Positions 1-7,229 of a DNA stretch of 17,942 nucleotides are shown here, piece after piece (the stretch's first letter is position 1; every line of letters begins with the position of its first letter). Source of the DNA: Candidatus Eiseniibacteriota bacterium (lineage in GTDB: Bacteria; Joyebacterota; Joyebacteria; Joyebacterales; Joyebacteraceae). A program made the translations under genes and the position numbers. The notes under the pieces are model-generated. The model ran no database searches. It was not told the DNA's origin and worked only from the letters and a program-made list of their open reading frames with translations. The stretch spans positions 1 through 17,942 of the forward strand of contig JBDRFG010000172.1 of the NCBI GenBank assembly GCA_043819135.1, in the 5' to 3' direction.

Positions 1-2
1 GC

Positions 3-1274
3 ATCCCGACCGAGCGGACGCGCGTGGTCGTGGCGGAGCCCGAGATTATCAACCGGATCGGCGAACCCGTCGCTCCGTATGGCACGCCCTCCGAGCAGCA
101 GAGATTCCTCTTCGAGTCCCCTAGGGAGCGGGAGGCGGCGAAGGCCACGCTCGAGGTCATCCGGCGAGAGTTCGAACGCCTGCCGCGCTCAGCCGACCTC
201 TCCACCCCCGAAATCCAGCGACAGATCGTCGAGAAGGTCAAGACGCTCATCACGCCCGCCCAGCGGGAGATCGATGGCGTGGCGGAGGCGGTGGACCTGG
301 AGAAGGTGGTGGCCAAGACCATCCAACTCCGCAACGAGCTGTCCATCGACATCCCCCGCATCACAGTCCAGCCCATCGGCGACGTGACGCGGGGCTACCG
401 CGAGTTCACGATGGACCTTTCGAGGGTGAACTACCAGCCCGTGGACAACGAGATTCTCATCCAGGAGCTGCACCGCCGCGAACAGCACCGCTTGATGAGC
501 GGGACCGGCATCGTCCTCGAGGAGAAGCCGGAGGACTACCTGGTCCGCGGACTCATCGATTTCAACGACATCTCCTATGACGATCAGGCCGAACTGCTCT
601 ATACGCTGGCCGGGCAGGTCGTGGCCCACCTGCGCTCCTACCTGAAGGACGAGAGCGAGGCCCTCAACGTGCTCCAGTACCACCAGCAAGGACTGGTGAA
701 CCTGATCCACGCCCAGATGCAGGAGCATTACGAGGAAAAAGCCGCCGCCTACGAGGCGCACGTGAGCAAGGGATTCACAACGCTCCGGCCGAACAACTAC
801 TCGGCTCCGGCCGACGAGGTCGAGCGCGACTTCCGCGCCCCCATCGTCGAGAAGCAGAACATCCGCAAGATGCTCTTCAGCGGCTTCAGGAAGTGCCTCT
901 ACCCCGTCCAGAAGTTCGATTCGGATTCGGAGCGTCGGTTCGCGGCGGTGCTGGAGAACGACTCCGAGGTGCTCAAGTGGTTCAAGCCCGCCAAGGGGGA
1001 CTTCCAGATTCCCTCCGCGGGCGACGCCTCCTATGAGCCGGACTTCGTGGTGGAGACGAAGAGGGAGAAGTTTCTCTGCGAGCCGAAGAGCGCCGCCGAG
1101 ATGGAGGACCGCGAGGTCCTGGCGAAGGCCAAGGCGGCAGCCGAGTGGTGCAGGCATGCGACGGAGCATGAGAGCAAGAATGGCGGCAAGCCGTGGAAGT
1201 ACCTGCTGATTCCACACGACGTGATCACGGACAACAAGACGCTCAAGGGATTGGCAGCGACGTATGCTTATTAG
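3..1274 (+). CDS. res: Type III restriction enzyme Res subunit, C-terminal part with PD-(D/E)XK endonuclease domain (5'-truncated by window edge)
   Basis: Frame is open to the window start. C-terminal motifs FDSDSERRFA..LE, YEPDFVVET..LCEPK, EVLAKAKAAAEWC and KPWKYLLIPHD match type III Res nuclease domains. Helicase motifs are not in the window. Confidence 0.8.
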   Translation: MPTERTRVVVAEPEIINRIGEPVAPYGTPSEQQRFLFESPREREAAKATLEVIRREFERLPRSADLSTPEIQRQIVEKVKTLITPAQREIDGVAEAVDLEKVVAKTIQLRNELSIDIPRITVQPIGDVTRGYREFTMDLSRVNYQPVDNEILIQELHRREQHRLMSGTGIVLEEKPEDYLVRGLIDFNDISYDDQAELLYTLAGQVVAHLRSYLKDESEALNVLQYHQQGLVNLIHAQMQEHYEEKAAAYEAHVSKGFTTLRPNNYSAPADEVERDFRAPIVEKQNIRKMLFSGFRKCLYPVQKFDSDSERRFAAVLENDSEVLKWFKPAKGDFQIPSAGDASYEPDFVVETKREKFLCEPKSAAEMEDREVLAKAKAAAEWCRHATEHESKNGGKPWKYLLIPHDVITDNKTLKGLAATYAY

Positions 1275-1392
1275 GCGGATTCGGCGAAGATCGGGAGCGA
1301 TGAGGTGCGAGGACTCCGGGAGGCCGGACGGACCGGACTTGACTTGCGGACGAGACGATACGAACCCTGTAGCTGATCGGGAGGGCACTGAA

Positions 1393-1965
1393 TCATGAGG
1401 CTACGACAGGAGATAGACCGCGGAACTCCGCAAGCTGCTGCTTTGGATCCTCGATCTGGGCAATGGGCCGCAACGCCCGCTCGCTGATCGCGGGTCGCCC
1501 GACCCCCTCCGGCATAGCCAGAATGAGGTCCTGGATCTCAGGTGCGAGTCGCAGCAGGGCCATGACCTGCGTCACCCTGGCGCGGGTGATCCCCTCCCGT
1601 CGCGCGATCTCGGCCTGCGTATCCACTTCTCCGGCATCAAGCTGGCGTTGCCATTCCATGGCCATCTGGAGTAGTGCAACCACCCGAGGCGTCTTGGGCT
1701 TCTTCGGTGGCCTTGGCTTGCCCCGAGGCTCCGGTAGGGCACTCACGACCCGTTCAGCCGCCACCCTCCGCGTGAGGGTGCCCAGGTTGCCCTTCTTGAA
1801 CGCGCCCTTGGGTCCGAGCGTGACCTCGACGGTCTGATCGCAGTAGTTGACCACGGTCGCGCCGCCTGCGCTGTCTAGGGCGACGTGCCGGATGCGGAAC
1901 CAGACCTCTGTCTGGGCCGGACCCCGCCTGCGTCGAATACTGTTACATTTGGGGAGCCATCGCAC
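1393..1965 (-). CDS. HTH-domain ORF resembling the C-terminal region of large serine recombinases; begins at the tRNA-like att core (possible int(C) fragment)
   Basis: The segment WQRQLDAGEVDTQAEIARREGITRARVTQVMALLRLAPEIQDLIL is an HTH of the kind seen at serine recombinase C-termini and in their neighbouring genes. Codons W-L-P overlap the core TGGGGAGCCA (1950-1959). The only start is a GTG two codons earlier, inside a hairpin and without a clear RBS. Confidence 0.6.
   Translation of the reverse strand: MRWLPKCNSIRRRRGPAQTEVWFRIRHVALDSAGGATVVNYCDQTVEVTLGPKGAFKKGNLGTLTRRVAAERVVSALPEPRGKPRPPKKPKTPRVVALLQMAMEWQRQLDAGEVDTQAEIARREGITRARVTQVMALLRLAPEIQDLILAMPEGVGRPAISERALRPIAQIEDPKQQLAEFRGLSPVVAS
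1950..1959 (+). other. att-like core (att0): displaced tRNA 3' end TGGGGAGCCA
   Basis: The same 10-mer occurs at 12262-12271 within a longer tRNA 3' fragment. It ends in CCA and is followed by a terminator-like hairpin. Confidence 0.6.
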
Positions 1966-2006
1966 AGACGGCCCGCTCTGTCATGAGCGGGCCGTCTGTG
2001 TTTCTT
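1963..2006 (+). terminator. Rho-independent terminator-like hairpin after att0
   Basis: Perfect 16-bp stem CACAGACGGCCCGCTC / GAGCGGGCCGTCTGTG, loop TGTCAT, followed by TTTCTT. Confidence 0.7.
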
Positions 2007-2024
2007 ACGTTTGGTCCTCGCCTG

Positions 2025-2160
2025 TGGTCAGGTCAGGAGTACAACGAGGTGCGGCCACACAGCTCCCTGGGGTATCGGCCGCCGGCACCGGAGGCAGTGA
2101 TGCCGAGGCGCTCAACAGTGGCATCCTACCTCTAGAAGTGGTACAGCTACTGTGGCCACC
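2025..2160 (+). mobile_element. IS3-family remnant: transposase OrfB C-terminus plus degenerate right end
   Basis: 2034-2135 translates QEYNEVRPHSSLGYRPPAPEAVMP...*, the YN..RPHSSLGY.PP signature of IS3 OrfB. It is followed by AGTGGTACAGCTACTGTG, resembling an inner IRR. Confidence 0.8.
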
Positions 2161-2272
2161 CCGCTCCATTCGTGACTCGGCGGGGTCGAGGCTACCTGGA
2201 ACCGCATCACCTGACATACGCGGATGATGAGTGGGTGGCAGACGACCTCCATGTGCCCTATTCCCTTTGTGC

Positions 2273-2301
2273 TTGACGTAATGTGACCCCCGCGCTACTA
2301 T
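2273..2301 (+). promoter_or_regulatory. Candidate sigma70 promoter
   Basis: TTGACG - 17 nt - TACTAT. Confidence 0.55.
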
Positions 2302-2506
2302 TGTGGACAGTCCACGCGTTAGTAGAATCGCGTTTCAGATGGCTACTGATCACACGGGAGCCGCGTTGTTCCTTCTGCGGCTTGATCGTCGGCTCCACGT
2401 CGACTACTCCGATTTATCAAAGACGTGTGCCCTGATGGGCCTACAGGCGACGGTTCTTGGACCAGCCTTCGCTAGCCTCACCGTTCCGACGGGGGCTGGG
2501 GCTCAG

Positions 2507-2683
2507 GGGTTCTCTTCCGCGCCGATGCACTTCGGCGCGGGCGACTGGTACGCTTTCGTTGCGCTCGGCGACCTAGACGGCGACGGGGACGAGGATCTCG
2601 CCGTCGCGATCCTTGACGGGTTCCTTCACGACAGCCACGTCCTTGACATCAAGGGATGCAGCTGCCGGCTCAGGGACCTGTAA
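2507..2683 (+). pseudogene. Chimeric remnant: one FG-GAP/VCBS repeat joined to an IS21 IstB C-terminal fragment
   Basis: FGAGDWYAFVALGDLDGDGDEDLAVA is an FG-GAP-type repeat. GDEDLAVAILDGFLHDSHVLDIKGCSCRLRDL* is a decayed IstB terminus (consensus like GD..LA.AILDRLLHHSHV..I.G.SYRL). Confidence 0.7.
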
Positions 2684-2904
2684 AAGGCGGTCGCCGGGGT
2701 GAGTTGACGTCGCCCACGAAAGGAGGAAAGGACGCGACTCGAACGCGCGGAATGCGTGCCCCGGCGGACGGGTGCGTGAATCCGGGTGGCGCGCTGATGC
2801 ATAGGACTGGATGTCGCTGCGCATGTGTGCACCCTCGGACGGCGGCATGGGGGTTTGCGACCGGCGGCTGCTGGCTTTTAGATGATGGTCAAGGAGGCAC
2901 GGTG

Positions 2905-5900
2905 ATGAATGCTCTCAGAGCTGTTGTGTTCGCCGGTCTGGCTGTGGTCGCGCTTGCTCAGCAAGCCGCTGGAGCCACGTACGTCGTTGACTGGACCGGC
3001 GCGGGCGATTTCGTGACCATTCAGGCGGCTGTTGACGCCTGCAGCGAGGGCGACGTAGTGCTCGTGGCGCCGGGTGTGTACTCGGGAGTCGGGAATCGTG
3101 ACATCAATTTTGGTGGAACCAACATCGTGGTGCGGTCGATGGATGGGCCTGACGATACGATCATCGACTGCCAGGATGCCGGGCGGGGGTTCCACATCCA
3201 CAGCGGCGAGAACGCGACCACAGTGATAGAGGGACTGACGATCCAGAACGCGGTGGGGTTCAACGGCGGAGCTATCTCGATTTCCGGCAGTACTCCGTGC
3301 TCTCCCACGATCACGAGATGCAAGTTCGTTGACAACGGCCCGAACCAATACGGGACGGCCATGTACATTCAGGGCGGCGATTTCGAATACTCCCTGCCGC
3401 ACATCTCGGAATGCTACTTCGAGGGCAACTCGGATTGGACTGTGTACAACACGTGGTACGGGAGGCCCACCTTCACCGACTGCGTGTTCAATGGGAACCC
3501 TGGGCGCGCCGTGTACTGCTGGAGCTCGCAGCCGGTCCTCGAGAACTGCACGTTCTACGGCAACGGCTATGCGGTTGTGACCAGTGGCACGGCGCCGAAT
3601 CCGGCCCTGAGCAACTGCATCGTGGCGTTCAATGCATCCGGCGTCACGGGCACAGCCACGCTCCAGTGCTGCGACGTCTACGGTAACTCCAATGGTGACT
3701 GGGTTGGCGCAATCGCCCCGCAGTACGGCGTGAACGGCAACATATCGGCCGACCCGCTCTTCTGCGATCCCGGGAACAGCGACGTCCGACTCAGTGAGAA
3801 CTCCCCGTGCGCACCCACCCACAATCCAGAATGCGGCCTGATTGGAGCCGGTGCAATGGGGTGTGGGGATGAGCCCGGCTACACTTTCGTCCACATCACC
3901 GATCTCCATGTCGACTCCGACGGTTCGGTGTTCTACCCTCGAGGTGACTACGACGGCGTCAACCTCCGCCACATGTGTAGCCACTTGGCGAATCTGGATC
4001 CTCCGCCCGACTTCGTGGTGATCACAGGCGACCTCGTGAACGAGGGTGACGAGGCTAAGAGCTGGGAACTGCTTCATGAGATCCTTGAGGACTACGATAT
4101 TCCCACTGTGTACGCCTTGGCCGGAAACCATGACTGGTATGACGATTTGTATTCATCCGAGCCCCTAGACGTATGGAACCTGCCGTGGATGGAACCCTAC
4201 AGGCACTACTTCAGTGACCGGGAGCTGATGTCGACTGAGAACCTGCAGCTCCTGTCGATGGACTCTGGGTGGAACATCAATGCCAACCAATCGGGTTGGG
4301 AGGGTTCTGGCGTTAGCGACGATCAGGTTGATTGGCTGGAGGAGACAGCCGAAAGCTCCACAGCAGAGAACAAGATACTCCTGATGCACCATCCAATCAT
4401 ATATCAGGACGACGAAACCGACGCTCTATGGGATCACTCCTGCATAAGCCAGAATCAAGCTGCAATGCTCGGTGCATGCGATCTATGGATGGGAGTGGTG
4501 TTGTCAGGCCATACCCATGCAGAGCGAGCCTACGCATTCCCGTGGGCCACTGGTCCGGAGATTCTGGGGCGGAGCCCCTCGGGATTCTGGAGCACCTCAC
4601 AGTATAGACCCATGTACTTCACGACTGGCTCCTGCGGGGAAGAGCGAGCATATCGCAGAGTACAGGTGCTGGGAGATGAAGTGAGGGTGTTCAATCAGGA
4701 AAACGCGAACGTGAACACGGATATTTTCTTGGCGCATGTTGATTACACTCCGCCTTTGATACGGGATGGTGATGCGACTCTGCCAGAAACGCCACTACAA
4801 GGAGACCTGCTGCGCCAGGGGTTCTGGGCCCCGATAGAACTCCATGCATTTGACTCGCTGGGCAACCACGTTGGAATGCTCGACACGGGCGAGGCGGAGT
4901 CGGGGATAGCTGGCGCTTTCTATGACTTCGAACCCATTCTCGATGAGCTCACGGGCGGCTGCTGGACGACCGGGGAGCTGATCTCGCTCAATCTGGATTC
5001 CAGTGAGGTCTATTCCTTCGAGCTGCGCGCCGCATTGGATTGCACTTTGTCGCTCAAGCTACGCACCATCAGAAAGGACGGTGGGGGAGAAACCGACGCC
5101 TTTTATCGGGGCATTCCTGTTGTCGCAGGCGCAGTGGGGAGAGTGGTCGTGGATCGTGAGGCGGTTGACCACACGCTCTACCTCGATCTCAACGGCGACG
5201 GCATCGTTGATGAGGAAATAGCACCCACCGAGGTGTCCAGCCACAAAATCCCCGCTGTTCCCCAACGGCCGGCCGGTTCGCAGGTGACGACTCCGGACGT
5301 GGCGGTTGAGTACACCGCGGTCACCACGGATCCTGAGAATGATGGCGTAGTGTATCTCTTCGATTGGGGTGACGGCTCTGACAGCGGCTGGATCGGTCCT
5401 TTGGACTCCGGTTCGCCCTGCACGGCCTCGCATGCGTGGGCAGAGCTGGGCCTGTATCCGGTGAGAGTGAAGGCCAAGGACGTCAACGATCACGTGAGCG
5501 ACTGGTCTCCTGCCTTGACGGTCAGCGTGCGCCCAAGCACACCGCCGGAAGAGACCAGCCGTGTGACTTTTGGCCAGGGGTTCTATGGCAACACGGGCGG
5601 CGAGTTCAATGGTGCGAGTGTGCCCGAGATTCTGGAAGGTCTGTTGACGCCTGGTGACCCATTGGTTATCGGAAGTCCGCTCCGTTCAGTCACCTTTGAG
5701 GATGGTGCCGAGGAGTGCATTATCGAGCGGTTGCCGGCAGGACACGGGCCTGACGCGCTGCCGGCGAGTCTGGGTTGCGCGACTATTGACGCGACGACGT
5801 GTCAGACGCTGCCTGAGATCCCGGTTGGGAAGACGGATCGCTATGACAACACGCTACTGGGGCAGACCGTCGCTCTAGCACTGAACGTTCGGTTGGATGA

Positions 5901-6567
5901 CGTGCTACCTTATCTCGAGCTGTGTGGCGAGATGAGGACTCAGGGAGCTTTGCCCGGGGCGAACGGAATCCTAGGTGATGACGACGACGAACTTGACGTC
6001 GACGACCCTCTTCTCTCAGTGACGATTGACCCACTCGTCTTGCAGGCACTGGCTGACCTGGGTCTTGAGTGCACTGTCGGAGGACTCGTTGATCTAGCGA
6101 ACAGGGCGCTTGGCGAAGCTGATTGTGGCGGGGCGTCGCTCGAGGCGATCAATCAGGCGGCATCGTCGATAAACAAGGCTTTTGAGGGATGTAGATTTCT
6201 TGTCTACTGCTCGGGGCGCGCACTTGGCGGACCGGCTGACTCAGAACTTGACGCTCCCGATGTGCCGGACATTCCCTCTCATTTCGCGCTGATGGGGTGT
6301 AGTCCCAGTCCTGTGAGCCAGAATGCGCGGATACACTACGCTCTGCCCGAGCGGAGTGCAGTGAGGATCACTGTGTACAATGTCAGTGGCCGAGTGGTGG
6401 CGGTCCTGGAAGATGGGGAGATCGACGCTGGGCATCGCCAGGCGAGCTGGGATGTCGCTGCCGCCTCTGAGCTTTCCTCCGGAGTCTACTTCTACCGCAT
6501 CGAGGCGACTGGAATGGAGAGTGGCCAGAGGTTCACAGCGGCCGGCAAGACTGTGCTGATCCGCTGA
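2905..6567 (+). CDS. Secreted multidomain protein (~1220 aa): signal peptide, parallel beta-helix, calcineurin-like metallophosphoesterase, PKD/Ig-like domain, helical domain, FlgD-Ig/T9SS-type C-terminal domain
   Basis: AGGAGG RBS at 2892-2897 precedes ATG 2905, followed by the signal MNALRAVVFAGLAVVALAQQAAGA. All five metallophosphoesterase motifs are present (ITDLH, TGDLV, GNHD, MHHP, GHTH), plus YLFDWGDGS and a CTD with PSPVSQNARIHYALP...YNVSGRVV...SSGVYFYRI. Confidence 0.85.
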   Translation: MNALRAVVFAGLAVVALAQQAAGATYVVDWTGAGDFVTIQAAVDACSEGDVVLVAPGVYSGVGNRDINFGGTNIVVRSMDGPDDTIIDCQDAGRGFHIHSGENATTVIEGLTIQNAVGFNGGAISISGSTPCSPTITRCKFVDNGPNQYGTAMYIQGGDFEYSLPHISECYFEGNSDWTVYNTWYGRPTFTDCVFNGNPGRAVYCWSSQPVLENCTFYGNGYAVVTSGTAPNPALSNCIVAFNASGVTGTATLQCCDVYGNSNGDWVGAIAPQYGVNGNISADPLFCDPGNSDVRLSENSPCAPTHNPECGLIGAGAMGCGDEPGYTFVHITDLHVDSDGSVFYPRGDYDGVNLRHMCSHLANLDPPPDFVVITGDLVNEGDEAKSWELLHEILEDYDIPTVYALAGNHDWYDDLYSSEPLDVWNLPWMEPYRHYFSDRELMSTENLQLLSMDSGWNINANQSGWEGSGVSDDQVDWLEETAESSTAENKILLMHHPIIYQDDETDALWDHSCISQNQAAMLGACDLWMGVVLSGHTHAERAYAFPWATGPEILGRSPSGFWSTSQYRPMYFTTGSCGEERAYRRVQVLGDEVRVFNQENANVNTDIFLAHVDYTPPLIRDGDATLPETPLQGDLLRQGFWAPIELHAFDSLGNHVGMLDTGEAESGIAGAFYDFEPILDELTGGCWTTGELISLNLDSSEVYSFELRAALDCTLSLKLRTIRKDGGGETDAFYRGIPVVAGAVGRVVVDREAVDHTLYLDLNGDGIVDEEIAPTEVSSHKIPAVPQRPAGSQVTTPDVAVEYTAVTTDPENDGVVYLFDWGDGSDSGWIGPLDSGSPCTASHAWAELGLYPVRVKAKDVNDHVSDWSPALTVSVRPSTPPEETSRVTFGQGFYGNTGGEFNGASVPEILEGLLTPGDPLVIGSPLRSVTFEDGAEECIIERLPAGHGPDALPASLGCATIDATTCQTLPEIPVGKTDRYDNTLLGQTVALALNVRLDDVLPYLELCGEMRTQGALPGANGILGDDDDELDVDDPLLSVTIDPLVLQALADLGLECTVGGLVDLANRALGEADCGGASLEAINQAASSINKAFEGCRFLVYCSGRALGGPADSELDAPDVPDIPSHFALMGCSPSPVSQNARIHYALPERSAVRITVYNVSGRVVAVLEDGEIDAGHRQASWDVAAASELSSGVYFYRIEATGMESGQRFTAAGKTVLIR

Positions 6568-6596
6568 GCAAGCGATCTCACAACCGAGGCTTCTAT

Positions 6597-6627
6597 AGGG
6601 GGCTCCTGCCATCAGGGGGAGCCCCCT
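6597..6627 (+). terminator. Hairpin downstream of the metallophosphoesterase gene
   Basis: 10-bp stem AGGGGGCTCC / GGAGCCCCCT, 30 nt after the stop; no U tract. Confidence 0.4.
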
Positions 6628-6829
6628 CCGCATGAGATGAGCAGGGAGCCCTCTGATACCGGGCCAAGCGCTAGCACCGGAGTTCGAGATACATCTACTA
6701 AGCCCCGCCACGTTCAAGCCCGGTCGACCTCTCACTCGATCTCCCTGATCGCCGCGTGGCCGGCCCTAGACCCCGATTCCTGGACCACCTGGATACACAT
6801 CCATGCTGGCCTGCCGGGTCCACACCGGG

Positions 6830-6940
6830 CTATGTCTGAGAGAGTAGCCGGAAGCTACTGTGCCCCTTCGGCCCTGCGACCACCACCAATCCCACAGAGT
6901 CCCACAGAACCACGCTCTGAGACACCAACCCGGGGAGCCA
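6830..6940. repeat. att-associated repeat copy 1 (111 bp)
   Basis: Ends GGGGAGCCA. Minus strand reads WLPGLVSQSVVLWDSVGLVVVAGPKGHSSFRLLSQT*. 88/111 nt identical to copy 2 by hand count. Confidence 0.9.
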
Positions 6941-6946
6941 GCACAC

Positions 6947-6978
6947 CGAGTACTCAGTCTGTCAAGATTGAGTACTCG
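6947..6978 (+). terminator. Hairpin following repeat copy 1
   Basis: 14-bp stem CGAGTACTCAGTCT / AGATTGAGTACTCG (one G.U), loop GTCA, followed by a pyrimidine-rich tail. Confidence 0.65.
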
Positions 6979-7134
6979 CGCTTTCTCTTCTGTCTGGGCG
7001 ACTTGGCACGGCTGAGCACACGCTTGCATGGGTCGACGCCCCTCTGATACGCGCGAAGTCGAGCCCTCCGCTGCTGTCCACACTGAAGACTAGCGCAGCT
7101 ACAGACCGTGACCTCCTCAACCTCTGCTGCTTGG

Positions 7135-7163
7135 TTGGCGGTCGCAGCTCAGTGTGCTATGCT
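7135..7163 (+). promoter_or_regulatory. Candidate sigma70 promoter with extended -10
   Basis: TTGGCG - 17 nt - TATGCT with TG one base before the -10, about 65 nt upstream of ATG 7230. Confidence 0.45.
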
Positions 7164-7229
7164 TGGCTATCCACACTACCTACAGGATTCGAAATCGGAC
7201 GATGTCTCCGGCGCAACTGGAGGTCTGAC

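Noticed and set aside
189..1388. Long antisense ORFs (189-1388, 2878-4131, 12464-13183, 15555-16346, 15905-16657)
   Set aside because: They are shadow frames of well-supported genes in high-GC DNA and carry no recognisable motifs.
1981..1983. Conserved in-frame TGA before WLP as a selenocysteine codon
   Set aside because: The TGA lies in the hairpin loop rather than upstream of a SECIS-like stem, and at att0 the frame has another stop (TAA) 8 codons earlier.
2005..2270. Structured ncRNA (SRP or tmRNA-like), or the 70-aa minus-strand ORF
   Set aside because: No diagnostic RNA motifs, and much of the region is explained by the plus-strand IS3 OrfB remnant.
2656..2904. N-terminal extension of the 1303-aa ORF (likewise 7131-7229 and 13860-14006)
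   Set aside because: The extensions do not look protein-like. RBS and signal or TM sequences point to starts at 2905, 7230 and 14007.
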